The position numbers and the translations under genes are program-made. A stretch of DNA of 64,000 nucleotides from Octopus vulgaris (Eukaryota): assembly GCA_951406725.2 (NCBI GenBank), contig OX597825.1:3658001-3722000 (forward strand). Direction: 5' to 3'. Under the pieces are notes generated by a model. That model was not told where the DNA came from. It worked only from the letters and a program-made list of their open reading frames with translations, and did no database searches. The stretch's first letter is position 1; every line of letters begins with the position of its first letter. Shown here piece by piece: positions 14,458 through 28,438 of the stretch.

Positions 14458-14623
14458 AGGTGCAGGCGTGGTTTTGTTGTAAGGCGCTTACTTCTTCGCC
14501 TCAGGATTCCAGATTCAGTCCCACTGCGAGGCAATTTGTTCATGCGCCTTTTACTGTAGCCTCGAGACGACCAAAGACTTCTGAGTGGATTTCGTAGACA
14601 GATACTGAAAGAAGCCCGCCGTA
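14458..14623 (+). mobile_element. tRNA-derived SINE (family C)
   Basis: ggtgcaggcgtggttttgttgtaag (A-box-like), agattcagtcccactgcgaggca (B-box-like), then tagcctcgagacgaccaaagac...gagtggatttcgtagacagatactgaaagaagcccg. A homologous inverted fragment lies at ~27775-27812. Confidence 0.7.
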
Positions 14624-14742
14624 GCCTTCTTGGGGCTAAATAGCAGTAGCATTCTTCCCTGTCCTGGGGCTGCCACATTAAGTTGGCAACAAACCATCAC
14701 TTTATCGTGCTGCAACTGAGCGATTTAGAGACGCAATATTTC

Positions 14743-14821
<79 letters not shown>

Positions 14822-14844
14822 GAGAGAGAGAGAGAGAGAGAAGG

Positions 14845-15128
14845 GACTCTCCAGTGGGACAGCGGGTGAGTGTTGGAGCATGGAGCATTTGCCGAACGTC
14901 CCAAAGTCCTGCACGAGTGATTTGTTTGTAGTGATCAAATGTTTATGCCGGACATTCGCACGTTCTCTCTATAAACCAACGTTGTCTGAATAGGTGCCCT
15001 GTGCTCCACGCGAGAGTTAGAAGGAAGAGTTTTGGTCAAGAACACAACGCACCACCCAGTCTAGGAACTGAAACCACGATCTCTAGACCATGAGTGCCAC
15101 ACCCTAGATACTAGGCCATGCGACCTTA
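14845..15128 (-). mobile_element. tRNA-derived SINE (family A)
   Basis: The reverse-complement head is AAGGTCGCATGGCCTAGTATCTAGGGTGTGGCACTCATGGTCTAGAGATCGTGGTTTCAGTTCCTAGACTGGGTGGTGCGTTGTGTTCTTGACC. Homologous to 3180-3283. Confidence 0.72.
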
Positions 15129-15390
15129 CACACACGCGCACACACAAGCATATGCACACATATATATATATACAAATACACATGCTACGCATGCACACAC
15201 GCACGCACGCACACACATATACATGTGAATGGAAATACGAAGGAAGGGCACTGAACTCTTGTGGGTTCGAGGTCGTTGTATATTCTTGGTAGGGAAGAAG
15301 GAGGAGGAGGAAGAGGAGGAAGAGGAGGGGGGGAGGAAGCGGAGAAGAAGTAGAAGAAGAAGAATGCGAGAGTGCCATAATATTAGTATG

Positions 15391-15430
<40 letters not shown>

Positions 15431-17123
15431 GTGTGTGTGTGTGTGTGTGCCGCGCATGTATGTATGTATGTAGGAGGTGTATTTGAATCTATAAGAAGTT
15501 CCTTCACGGAACTTTCTCATATTTTAAAATTATACTTTGATTATTCTGGTCACAGTTTCTGCGTTACCACGCTCATAAGAGTTTGTCGGTGCCGTTGACT
15601 GTAGCTGAAGTCACTTTCCGTATTTGCCGGCAAAGGAAACATGAAACCAAACCGACAACATTTTTGAAACAAAACATTTCTACATTATTCAAAATGTGAA
15701 TATATTGAATCAACTGCACCATTCAGATAATACATTAAGTGGGTGCCAACTTCTAAACACGACAGAGTTAATGTTTAGATATGATATACATTTATAAACA
15801 AAGAAACACTCATGTGTAACTCTGTACGTCAGGAAAGAATATACATTTTAATACGATCCAATATATTATTCTCCTTTACATTTCCCTTCATGGTTTACGA
15901 ATTCACTTGAAATTACACTTTAGATATGGGATCACATCACTGTAGTAACGAAGTAAATTGTGACAATATTAAATATTCCATTCAGGGATCACAGGCATAT
16001 ATAAACCTGTGTTTTTATGGGGGAGGAAAGAAAAAAAGAAACAAACTCAGCGCGTTTGTTGGTGTCAAAGAAAGAGAAAAAGAAAATTTGTCGTAGCAAG
16101 CAATGGTTTGTGCATTTCCCTGATAAGAGGAGTTGTCAGCATCGAATATATTACAAACCTGATATAGAAAGAAGGAAAAAATGATAGATAGTAGGAATGA
16201 AAGGAAGAAAACGAATAAAGATGTACTCAGGAGTGTTTGCTGGCCAGTTATAGAGATTCAGATCGAAAGAAAAAGACAAATTTACTTCTGGAATTACGTA
16301 AATATGGATGATACTGATAGCGATAATACTGAGATCAAAAGAATATTACCTGGCGACGGGTGAATGTGCATTAGACTACATGTTAGGTTTGAACACACTT
16401 TATCATAGACATGCTCACACATGTATCTATATTCATCCACATAAATGTGTGTATATTACTAATAATACGTGTACGAACATACAAATACATTTATATATAT
16501 GAATGTGTGTGTCTGTATGCATCTCTCTCGGAAGTAATATCGCTGATTTATCATTTCTTTCTGTATGTATACGAATTTGTATATGTGTGTGCATGACTGT
16601 TGAATTAGCGTGATTGATAGAAATTAAACATATCAGATATGCTCCAGAATCAGATAGCCTTTTAAATGTTTTGTTTGAATGTGTCGGTTAACGTGACATT
16701 CTATGGAAAACTCATATATGTAATACAAAATGAAATCTTTACATATATACCTATACATCAATACCATTCTGGATTTAACCTTGGAGATTGCATCATTAAG
16801 TTCGTCCAGGGATAAAGGCTACCAGATAGAAGAATGAAACGAAAGTGGATTATTTCCTGGTGTTTATATAAATATTGACAATAAGAAAGGTGTTAGCAAT
16901 CTGTTTTAGTATATAATTCTAGAATAGCTTCATCGATATTTTATGAGAACGGCTTCGGCAAAATATACTTAAATAATACGTGTAAAAATAGCCCATCAGC
17001 TTTATTCTTCTAATGCAGCGAAATAACGACTCATTAAGATAATGTATAAAATGAATTTTATAGATGAAGGACGGTTGCTGTGTTACAACGCTAATACAGA
17101 GACAATGTACTGTTAAAGATCTG

Positions 17124-17332
17124 AAGGCGGTTACCTACGGAATCGTTAGTTCCTCGAAAAAAGAGCCTACCGGCATTTCGTCCGTCCTTACATTCCTCGT
17201 CCCAATTCCACCGAGGTCGATTTCTCCTTTCATCCTAACAGAGTCAATACGATAAAGCACCAGTTGGGTAATGGGGTCGGTGTAATCGACACACGAATTT
17301 GCTGGCCTTGCGCCATAAATTGAAAGCAATAT
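17124..17332 (+). mobile_element. tRNA-derived SINE (family B), near full length
   Basis: aaggcggttacctacggaatcgttag...gcatttcgtccgtc...aattccaccgaggtcga...tttcatcc...ggggtcggtgtaatcgac...ggccttgcgcc. Homologous copies lie at 18118, 48740 and 55677-56249. Confidence 0.75.
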
Positions 17333-17452
17333 ATTTTATGTGTATTATATAATACCGTTGCTGCAATGCTCTTGTAATCAAATACCACTGAAGCAATTTT
17401 CGATTTACGCAATATAACAAATTGCTCGTTCGATCATCCCAAGTTGTTGATA

Positions 17453-17455
<3 letters not shown>

Positions 17456-17516
<61 letters not shown>
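17456..17516. repeat. (TA)n microsatellite
   Basis: Directly visible. Confidence 0.95.
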
Positions 17517-17517
<1 letters not shown>

Positions 17518-17520
<3 letters not shown>

Positions 17521-17995
17521 TGAAGGCGCTGAGAGGCATCTCTCACGAACCAGGATGTGGGAGAACCGTATCGGCATGCACGGACGACGCCACCGTGATA
17601 GTGTGGAACGCCAAGCATATAAACAAGGTCGGTACCGGTGTAAAAGAATTTGAGGCGGCAACAGAAGCAGAGTGTAGCCAGGAGAGGCACGTCCATGACT
17701 TCTAAGATCATGGTGGGACGCTGGACAGAAGGACCGGTTAAGTTGCTCGGAGTTTGCTTCGGCCCAGATTTCAAGGTAAGCCGAGGTGGTGAGCATCGTG
17801 GCCAATGTTTTCAGAGGAATCTATACTTGAAAGATCAGACGAAGCTGCAGAATGTTTACTACGTATCTCTCATCTACACCCGCCTCACTGCCATGCCCCG
17901 TCCAGATGCGAGTTTGACTAAACTAGGGCACCCACTTTTCCGCTTTCTATGGAAGGGAAGCATTCCACTGGTCAGATGCTCCATTTAATGTCAGC
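17518..17995 (+). mobile_element. L1/Tx1-clade LINE reverse transcriptase fragment (pseudogene)
   Basis: VSACTDDATVIV (degenerate YADD), KEFEAAT, GPVKLLGVCFG, RNLYLKDQ (cf. RxLSLxGR), LIYTRLTAMPRP...LFRFLWKG. The order and spacing match the L1/Tx1 RT and thumb, and the segment is GC-rich relative to its flanks. Confidence 0.8.
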
Positions 17996-18116
17996 TAGGC
18001 ATGCTATATCTATGATCCAGTATCGTTTGTTCTTTTTCTCAATTAAGACTATGTCTAGCTTGCTATCCTCTATCTCATGGTCGCACTGAATCATAAAAGC
18101 CCATTAGGATCTTTGA
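17990..18116 (-). mobile_element. short R4/Dong RLE fragment
   Basis: Aligns colinearly by eye with 970-1095 of this window (gtcagctaggcatgctatatctatga...gcactgaatcataaaa). Confidence 0.85.
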
Positions 18117-18117
18117 A

Positions 18118-18257
18118 TTTCCAAATTCGACGATGCCTTCCATCATCATCTCGAGGTCGATAATTTATGGACTAGCGAAACACTGGGGTCGATGTAATCC
18201 ACTCGTCCCTTATCCCCAAATCGCCGCCCTTGTGGCAAAATTTGAAACCATTATTAT
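18118..18257 (+). mobile_element. SINE family B, 3' half
   Basis: ccaaattcgacg...gaggtcgataa...cactggggtcgatgtaatc...cccttgtggcaaaatttgaaaccattattatt. Confidence 0.7.
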
Positions 18258-18556
18258 TGTTTTTGTTGTTGTTGCTGCTGATTCTCCTGTCGCTGAACGG
18301 CGAATAAGTTTTCTGCATTCCTTGCGGAACAGGTACGCAGCTGTAATTCTACTGTTGTTTAAAATGATCATTTGCATGTGTTCCCACTTGTTCAATCTGT
18401 CAATGGAATCGACATCACCTGTGAAAGTGTAGAACTGCGTAACACGTCACAAGTAGGAATCCTGAAAGGAAATGTTCTGCTCAAGAACGCAATGCATTGT
18501 CCGCTCAAGAAATGTAAACCACGATCTTGGTTCACGTGCATTCAAAAATACACACA

Positions 18557-18631
<75 letters not shown>

Positions 18632-19893
18632 TGTGCATGCATTTATTTGTATTTGTGTTTACTCCCACATATCACTCAACGTCCGGTCCTGCATTTTTTT
18701 TATTGAAGTTAGCATCTCCTCAAAAGAGACCGATCGTTAAAGTCTGCAAATATAAGGATGGAATTGAGGAATTCCACTAAAACTCTTCATGCCTCTACTC
18801 CAGCATGACTGCAGTTCATTGCCTTATACAAATAAATTCTAAAATATAAATTTTATCTGTATCATCAGTGAGATTAAGGCAATGAAACTGTTGGATATAC
18901 CCTCTGAATCTTTCTGTATTGAACAGCATATGGAAAATATATTCTGCTTAATCAACGAAACATTTCTATTGTTACCAATTATAGATACGAAATCCTGGTA
19001 GAGAAAGGCTATTGATGAAAACTAGTAATATCACTTTTCCTTTCAGGGATATAAAAGCCAACATTCTCACGTGTAAACATAACATATTTAAAAGGTTATG
19101 CCTCATTTGATGAATATTATCTGCTTTCTCCTACTACTTCGCCCCATGATACACAGCAAATTCCCCATTACAAATAGGCCACTAGCATACGCTTCAGTTA
19201 AAGCTATACATTGCTTTTATACTTTGATGCCATTACATGAGAAAATATATTGCATTTAATGCTTTCTTCACGTAATTCTCTAATACTATATATTTGCCCC
19301 TGTATCTATTATTCTCCTGATTGTGTTATCCTTCATTCTCTTTCCTTTCTTTTCTTTCTGATTTGTGATTACAATTTCTTCCAGCGCTCTAGATTCACAG
19401 CATATTTTGAATTAATATTTGGACTTAAAGAATGTCATAGCAACGATGAAATGAAAAGAAACACAAACACATTTTTTCCGGTGACATTGTAGAAACATGT
19501 GAATGTAACTGTGGCATATACAAGAATTATTAAGTAGTATTTGAATTTGAATACACAATAAACTACGTCAGCTTCTGTCAGAATTCGAATGGTAAATAAC
19601 AAAATCAAATTCATAACCCATGGAAATAAACAGCCAACACAATTTATGCATATTCAAATTTCGAGTATTAGTTTATGCATAAGGAATATATATTGAAAAA
19701 TTATCTAATCTTCTACTTACGTATAATTCGCTCGCGCTGGATCCATAAAATCGATAATTTAGCTTTATTTAACTTAACGCAATTCATAAGACGTAAGAAA
19801 ATGAAAATTCATCATACTTTCACGTATGATTATATATATATATATATATATATATGTGTGAGTGTGTGTGTGTCTGTCTGCGTATGTGCGTAC

Positions 19894-19970
<77 letters not shown>

Positions 19971-20947
19971 CATACATATAAACATATATATGTATTTTTA
20001 TGGATACATGTAAATGACTATATCCGAATATATATATATAAACGTGTACATGTATATACATCTATGTATTATTGGATATCTCTCTCTCTCTCTCTCTCCA
20101 TATATATATATATATATTTATAGCATACACACATATGCATTTACTTATGGAAAAGAAAACAACGAAATTTATCAAAATATATCAACACGAATAGATTGTA
20201 AATATGTTATTGTTTGCAAGTCATATTCTAAAACTCTGGACATATATAAATTATAATCATGACAGTCAGACAAAATTTATTATGAAATGTGTAACCTTAT
20301 TAAAGAAGCCAATAAAAGCGTCGCTAAAATGAGTTGTCGGATGGGCAGAAAAAATTATTAAAAACACAACCAATTAAGTGAAACACATCTTCAGCAAACA
20401 TTAAAGATGGAAAACGTTTTCCTTGCAACATTTTATATTAAATATTATTGATTCTTTCCCAAAATGATTAATTGAAAGCACTTTTTACAAACTTGTCAAT
20501 ATGTGTATCTAGAAGCGGTCTTATATACATATGCATAGTACATACATATACATATACATACATATATATATATCTATATATATATATATATATATATATG
20601 TGTATATATATATACATACATATATATGTATGTATTTATGACTGTATCTGTTTGTATGTGGATTGTATTTATGTATAAGCAATGCATATGTAACTATATG
20701 TAATTCCATATGTACACACACGCACACACATACACACACACATATATATATATATATACACTTGAGTGAGGGAATGAGAGGAATCGGGGAGCTTTTATAC
20801 GTGTACAATTTCAAATTGTAAGTTATGATAATGTAATATATTTTACTAACTGCACTCGTTCAGAAGAAACTAAATATATTCTAATACTTGGGTATACGTT
20901 GCATATTAAATTACAACATATATAAATTCACATAGTCCCAAATATTT

Positions 20948-21090
<143 letters not shown>

Positions 21091-21617
21091 CTGTCGCTGT
21101 CAGAGTGTGTTTGTTAAAAGTCTAATTTTAACATGTGTCTTTCTGTATATGCTTATTAATCTGTACTCCCAACACAGACGGAGGCAAGCAAAAGCCAAAG
21201 TACTCAATAGTGTTTTCGGAGTTTACAATTATTTGCAAAACTTACGAATTCAGATGTTCCGTTGTATAAATTATGATGACACGTAATACAAACCAAACGA
21301 ATATCTATATATTTGCTTTAATCTCGTTCACACCTATGAAGAAATATCATTGTCAAACAGTACTATATATTTTCCTAGGAGGAGAGAGATTTTTTTAAAA
21401 CAATCATGTTTCAAAAGAATTATTCAGTCGCTAGAGAAATATTACGGTGTTTAACTTAATCCTAAATAATTGATAGCGATTATAGCGGCACTCATTACAA
21501 AAATTAACAATGATTCTACTCAATCTAACAAACTTCACCCTCCCCCGTAGATATTCTCAGACTCATACACACACATGCAGGCATTGACACACACACACAA
21601 ACATACATACAAGTGTG

Positions 21618-21659
<42 letters not shown>

Positions 21660-21725
21660 TATATATACACACATATTTATATGTATACGTACATATGTAT
21701 CTCCCTCTCTCTCTCTCCCTCTAAA

Positions 21726-21805
<80 letters not shown>

Positions 21806-22434
21806 CATGGAAAGATGCACGCAGAAGAAATATTCTTAAAATTATATACCTGAGAAAGTACAGGACAAGAAACATTTTACTGAAAATACTGCAGCTAGGG
21901 ATAAAATTTGAAATAAAATATTTAGATTTAGAAAATATTAGCATTTATGAAAGCTAAACATTTTATTTCAAGTTATTACTTCTATTTGTTACTATTTGTT
22001 ACTTCTATTAAAAACTTTAAAAAATAACTCAAAATTGTTTTGCCCTTCTAAATAAATTCCTGTTTTTCATTATTTATTAGAAATTTGAAGGTTATAAAAA
22101 ATAATTAGTACAATATATAAAATAATACAAAACTTAGTCATGTATTACAGTAAAATCTACCTATAACAACAACTTCACAGTAAAATTCGCTTGAGTTACT
22201 GCCTAAGTTATTGCCAAGTCTTTAGATTTTTAGTCTTCACCTAATGCTTATTTTTCCCAAACTGAATTTGCCTACCGTTTAACTTTGCATAAAACTTTAG
22301 CTATATTGGTAATTCTGGATCTCATTTTTTACATATTCTAGTGTTTAAATTTTTAACGAACTCATGGTACCTTTATTAATTATAATGATACTTTCATATA
22401 TTATCATTATGTTTACAAATATTATCCTTAGCTG

Positions 22435-22533
22435 GATGACTGGAAAGAAGAGACAGCGTGCTTCGTGAAATTCTATTTTCTGCTGGGGAAATGGCGGCCG
22501 AAACAGTTGTCAGGCTTCAAACAGCTTACGAGT
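22435..22533 (+). mobile_element. mariner transposase N-terminal HTH fragment
   Basis: Frameshifted translation QRA/VKFYFLLGK/AAETVVRLQTAY matches the typical mariner N-terminus (QRxxIKFCxxLGKxAxETxxMLxxAY). Confidence 0.7.
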
Positions 22534-23743
22534 TTCGCACTTGAGGAATTTACAAGCACATCAAAACCTTTCCTTTATTGTTTTTAAACACTAGAATGTG
22601 TGAAATTTCTAAAATATGAAAAGATAAAAGAGAAGACTATAGAAAACATTTGATATCATTGTTCCTTCCAAATCAACTGTCTTTAGCTCACGTTTTTTTC
22701 CTACTCACGGAACTTAGGATGAAAGCATATCTCGAAATGAGCTTTAAAGAATTTATCGTTTAATCATTGATTACTCGAAAATACGCATGTTTTATTCGCT
22801 CATATACTCAAATTTAAATGGTTGCCTGATTGCAGGTTTTGCACACATACAAACAAACACGTATGCACGCACACATTTGCAGACAAATCTCTGTTAACCT
22901 TTAAAATGAATTTAGCATAGTATGTAACTATTTGAGAAGTGTGATTGATTGTGTGATCATATCTTTTCAGCATTTTAACATCAATGTGGAGTAGAGTAGT
23001 TATTTCAAATTTTTAACTACAAAATGTTTCATTTGATTACCTATTCGATCGCTAGTTCTTTTATTTCTTTTCTATTTCGAGAGTACTCACTGTTCGTGAA
23101 ACATTTGCAAATCGAAAACACATGTATGCGTCTCAGTTCCGTGTTACTTGTTAAATTATTATGAAAGTGATATGTATCTTTCATTCGTTTTAGTAAAGGA
23201 CAAGACTATCAATATGCACGCACACTGAAATGAAATAAACGTATAATGTACTTGTGATGTAACTTTTGATATGTGTTATACAAGAATATGGTTTATTTTA
23301 GAGAAATGTCACTTCAAACGCAATATCAGAAGCATAGACCAAGAACATAATAGTTTCCAAAGTTCTTTACCGCGTCGCATACAAATTATAGAATAAATGG
23401 CAATTAGATTGGAGTAAATGGACAATAAACACGCACTGAAAGTGGCGACATAGGAGAAAAATAGATGAAACCCAATGAACGAACTTAAAGCATTATGACT
23501 GGAACCTGCCAAAATATTGTTCATAGAATATACATTCAAAGTTATACTCATCAATGTTTATTTATGAATCGCTGACAATAGAGTCACCTTAGTACAAAGA
23601 AATCTAGGGGTTATATATTATGAACATTCACATTAGTATTCAACATATACCATACATAGTGCTATATATACATACACACACACACACATATATATATATA
23701 TATGTATACTTACATACATACACAAACACACACACACACACAC

Positions 23744-23805
<62 letters not shown>

Positions 23806-24445
23806 GAGAATGTGACTACATCTCAGATTACCATCTTGGAGATGGAGATTAAAATATGCATACAGTTTTGGCCATAAATATTCAGAGAAACGTTTTTTTT
23901 TTCTAAAACCACTAACTCCACGAAACTTTTAAGACTCCTAGTGACTAAGAATACTTCATAGTCTTGCTTGCCGCTTGTCATTGAACCATTATCCGCCAGA
24001 CGACTTATTTCCAAGAACAATCTAGCAAGAAAAAACACATTCCCATATATTATATTGTACGACGTATATGCAAGACTTTGCGTAGTATATCCATAGATAC
24101 AGAAGCAAAAGTGACTGCCAACGCCATAGACTATTTCTCCATAAATCATTGTTCAGTCATTGAAAATTTATATGAACAAAAAGCAAGTTTTTACAGCAAA
24201 ATGTAAGGATGCATCCTTCGTTAAATTTTTAAATATGTCTGACTTTTCCTCTTTCCCTCCCAATCCTTTCTCGTGCGTTTCATCATGTCTCTCTATATGA
24301 TTAACTACACAAACATATATATATATACATATTTATATATATGTATGTATGTATTTATTTATATAGATAGATAGATAGATACAGACTTATATGTATTTAT
24401 ATACATACACACAAACATACTAACACCACACACACACACACACAC

Positions 24446-24487
<42 letters not shown>

Positions 24488-24489
24488 TT

Positions 24490-24700
24490 TCTTTACATTT
24501 GTAATTTCACGCATGGCCATTGTTTGTCTTTGACGCTGCTGTGACTGCACAGTATAGTAGGGGCAATTGGGCACCGTCTGTTAGAAAAACACACCACTTT
24601 GAAACAATTCACTCTGCCAGAAATTTGGAAAATACATACTGGATAGCTTGGCATTCACGCTGGAGGTTCCAGTACAAACATTTCAGAATCTTTCGGCATC
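24490..24700 (+). mobile_element. maT (DD37D) transposon, left-end fragment
   Basis: tatagtaggggcaattgggcacc...ttcactctgccagaaatttggaaa is homologous to 25635-25775 and to the reverse complement of 51260-51440. Confidence 0.75.
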
Positions 24701-25465
24701 CATTAGTCTGAAACTTTAAGTATGAAAACTTGTTGGTCGTAGAACGCGCATATTACAAATATGAAACAGCAATGCTCCCGTGAACATTTTAAACATGATA
24801 TCATTACAAGAATTAATATGTAACATTTTAGAAAATCTTCATTTTATATATGATATTCCACTAGTAATCCAATGCACGATCTCTAGTTTAATATAAATAC
24901 AATAGCAGGCCGTATGTAGTTACAGAAATATTCATAAATTTTCATTAGTCTTCTGATATCATTACGTATATCTATCTTCAAGAAGCAAAGTAAAGCAGCA
25001 TTCTGTTATATAAAATCGTGCGTGGTTGACAATCAAACAAGCAATTAGAATCTCGTTATCCCCTGTATTAAAAGTTAAAATGAATATATATTTATGGTAA
25101 GTATGAAATTAATACTTACATCCATTGCTAATATGCACAGGGAACATACATTTTACCAACGTTAACTAATCATAATCGAATTATGCAACATTGAAATAAA
25201 TGTTTATAATCGGTAGCAATGAAACGGCTTCATTGGTATAATGCATCGGATTCATGGCCTTCCTGATCTGCACACGGTGTTTAGTTGTATTTTGATCGTT
25301 TCATGTGGAAATTCAGAAACGAATAACAATTAGCGTCATTTTACTAATTAATGTACTTCAAGTCATGTATGATGCACAGCCAAAGGTTAACGCCCATCTT
25401 CATATGAGCGAAACTTCATGGCTAATTATATAAATGCATATGTGTATATAAACAGATATACATAA

Positions 25466-25502
<37 letters not shown>

Positions 25503-25589
25503 CACGCACGCACACACATATATATACATGTTATACGATGGATATGGAAACAGCACAAAAGTAAATCTATGACATTTCAATTTGGAAAG

Positions 25590-26361
25590 AATTTCGTACA
25601 TGCGCGATTTTACATTTGATTTTGTCGACTACATCGTATAGTAGGGGCAGTTGGGCACCATCATTGAGAAAACTAGAAACCATGACGCAGTTCACACTGG
25701 CAGAAATTTGGAAACGACAACTTGTAATGCTTGGCGTTTGCACCGGAAGCTCTAATACTTATATTTCAGAGTATTTGTTTGTCAATTTCAGGAGCGTTCA
25801 ATCTTAGGAAATATACAAATAGTGATAAAAATCAAACATCTTGTCATGTTGTTTTGTGTGATCACTATTTATGGCAACGTTATGCCACCAGGCATCTTCT
25901 CATACGACCTCATTTCGACACGGTGGCCTACATAAAGTGCGTGGAGCTAGAAGACCCTATGTCTAGCAACAAGGATCTGCTCCGTGCAACAGAAGCAGGT
26001 CATCTCAAATATAGCTTTCAGACAATATCTGCGACCACAGCACCAGTAACATCTGGTCATCTAACTCCCCAGTCTGCAACCCCTTCGATTATTAGGTTTT
26101 GAGTGCTGTCGATCGAGAGACGAAAAAACACCTTATAACACCCAAAATGAACTGAATGCAAGGCTTATGGCAGCATTCGCCAAATTATACACGAAGACAG
26201 TCCAGAAGAGTTGCTGGAGATTCCGAAATCGCCTGGGGGCTGTAGTAATTCAAAATACTTCTTTTGTAAATTTGGTAGTTAATAGACCTGTTAAAATGAG
26301 ATGTCAGTTTTATTTTCATAGTTGCGTAATTTGAACGACAGTTTATTCCCCGTATCGTGTA
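25590..26361 (+). mobile_element. internally deleted maT (DD37D) Tc1/mariner transposon
   Basis: It has the shared left subterminal sequence and the transposase remnants RRPYV*QQGSAPC, NICDHSTSNIWSSNSPVCNPFDY and QKSCWRFRNRLGAV. The right end (ctgttaaaatgagatgtcag...gacagtttattccccgtatcgtg+TA) matches the reverse complement of 50376-50450. Confidence 0.85.
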
Positions 26362-26414
26362 TGTACATACGTACACATATATATGTATATATACATACAC
26401 ACACAGACACACAG

Positions 26415-26452
<38 letters not shown>

Positions 26453-26453
<1 letters not shown>

Positions 26454-26494
26454 ATTGTTACCAAATATATATATATATATATTTGGTAACAATT
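26453..26494. repeat. perfect 42-bp palindrome centred on (TA)8
   Basis: AATTGTTACCAAA-(TA)8-TTTGGTAACAATT. Confidence 0.95.
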
Positions 26495-26562
26495 TTATTT
26501 GTAAACTAATGCAATGTACAAAACAGTATCAGTAAATTCAATACACACACGCGCACACACGC

Positions 26563-26593
<31 letters not shown>

Positions 26594-27719
26594 TAAAAAT
26601 ACATATACATATATAAAGTTTTAAAAATTGACTTACAAATGAATAAAAATTCACATCAAACATGTTTTAATATATTCATATAATACGTGAATATATTAAC
26701 GTGGGTAAATAAGCTTTCAAGTCTTGTTTCTATTAACTCTGTTGTTATCTCTATATAAAACATGAAATAAACACAATGTTATGTCAAATGTTATCAACTG
26801 AAGTTAATACTTCATCTATAATTGTAATTACCTCTCTATAGTAACGAAATTATGCGATAAAGTTTCGCTGTTTATGTTGTCAAATAAAGCGATTCTCGTT
26901 GCGGAGTGAATATACAGCTTATATTAACACGGCATTCTCTATTTGCATGCTTGTTGTTTCTTGGTTCTTTCTTATTTTACAGGTATTATACAAAATAAAT
27001 AAACAAATGAATAAAAACGTAGTCCTAATCTCTGTCATATTTTTTCCTACGTTCAGTGTAACATAGACGCACGATATGACTGTGTGTTGGCTTAATCTTT
27101 TAAGACTGCATCAAGCGACAACCGTAATGTCGTTATCGAATATAAAGTGTAAAGCAACACGTAATACATTAGATGCGGATTTGAAGCTATCTAACGCTGT
27201 GAAACTTTTATATACTTTCGTTTCCATATGGTACAACTCACAAATTAATTCGTTTTGGATGGTGTCGTCACATGACGGCTAAATATAGTTAACACTGACA
27301 AAGATATATGATTAAATACTATTCATCTTTACTCTGTAAAGCACGGGGTAGACAACTACTTGAAAAATACAAGTGAGTCATTTTAGCATCAAGGCTTCAG
27401 TATTCATATATTTACATACGTGTATATACGCGAATGGTGTGCGTTCGGTTGCAGTTGCGCGTGCGTATGTGTGTGTGTGTATGCGAGGTTTGTCTGCGGG
27501 TGTCTGTATCTGCGCGCGCGAGTGTGTACGGTTACTATAACCGTAATGATTTTCCGTATGTAGGATTTCGCCAAACGATGCTTTGCGTCGGAGAAAAAGG
27601 ACTCCATTATCATAATTTACAAAGGTACATCTTATAGTTCAATGTCATTTGATAAATATTAAAAAATAAATAAATAAACGGTCCCACATAAATTAGGAGA
27701 ACAAAGTTAGTGGTGCTAT

Positions 27720-27815
27720 GGCTACCACATAGATCGTTGGCTCTCCCTCTTTCGCAATCACTTTTTTTCTGAATTGCCCAAGGTGCCACGCAGAGGGACT
27801 GTTCCCAGATCCATA
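27720..27815 (-). mobile_element. SINE family C fragment
   Basis: ttgcccaaggtgccacgcagagggactg is the reverse complement of the cagtcccactgcgaggca region of the 14458 copy. Confidence 0.55.
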
Positions 27816-27823
27816 CATGAACT

Positions 27824-27867
<44 letters not shown>

Positions 27868-28209
27868 TGTATATGTGTGTGTATGTGTGTGTGTGCGTGT
27901 GTGTGTCTGTGTGTGCATTATATATCTACTCGTTTACTCATATATACTAGGATACTGCCATGCCTCTATAATTTTGCCTTTAATTACAAGGTGCTAATAA
28001 TCCACTCATTTTATCTTTCGTGTACATTTCTGTCGTTTTGAAAAGCAACCCATATTTTCAACGGTCTTCTCTTAAGACTTCCAGACTTAGTTGAGTTACC
28101 TTCCTTCACAGACACGAAGGTAGTGCTTTGTGGTTTTATTTTTTACTTGTTTTTAACTCTTCTTTCTTGCAACAGTAATGCTAGTCACTACCCCCTGTCA
28201 TTTAATTTG

Positions 28210-28259
<50 letters not shown>

Positions 28260-28306
28260 ATGTATGTATATGTATATATATATATGTATATATATATATA
28301 TGCATA

Positions 28307-28359
<53 letters not shown>

Positions 28360-28407
28360 CTATCTATCTATCTATCTATATAATATAATATATATATATA
28401 ATATATA

Positions 28408-28438
<31 letters not shown>

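Noticed and set aside
15040-15128. tRNA gene
   Set aside because: A and B boxes are present but there is no convincing cloverleaf, and it continues into a SINE body found in several decayed copies.
23340-23530. Possible additional Dong C-terminus (ctggaacctgccaaaatattg)
   Set aside because: Similarity is limited to a few residues and is not supportable without alignment.
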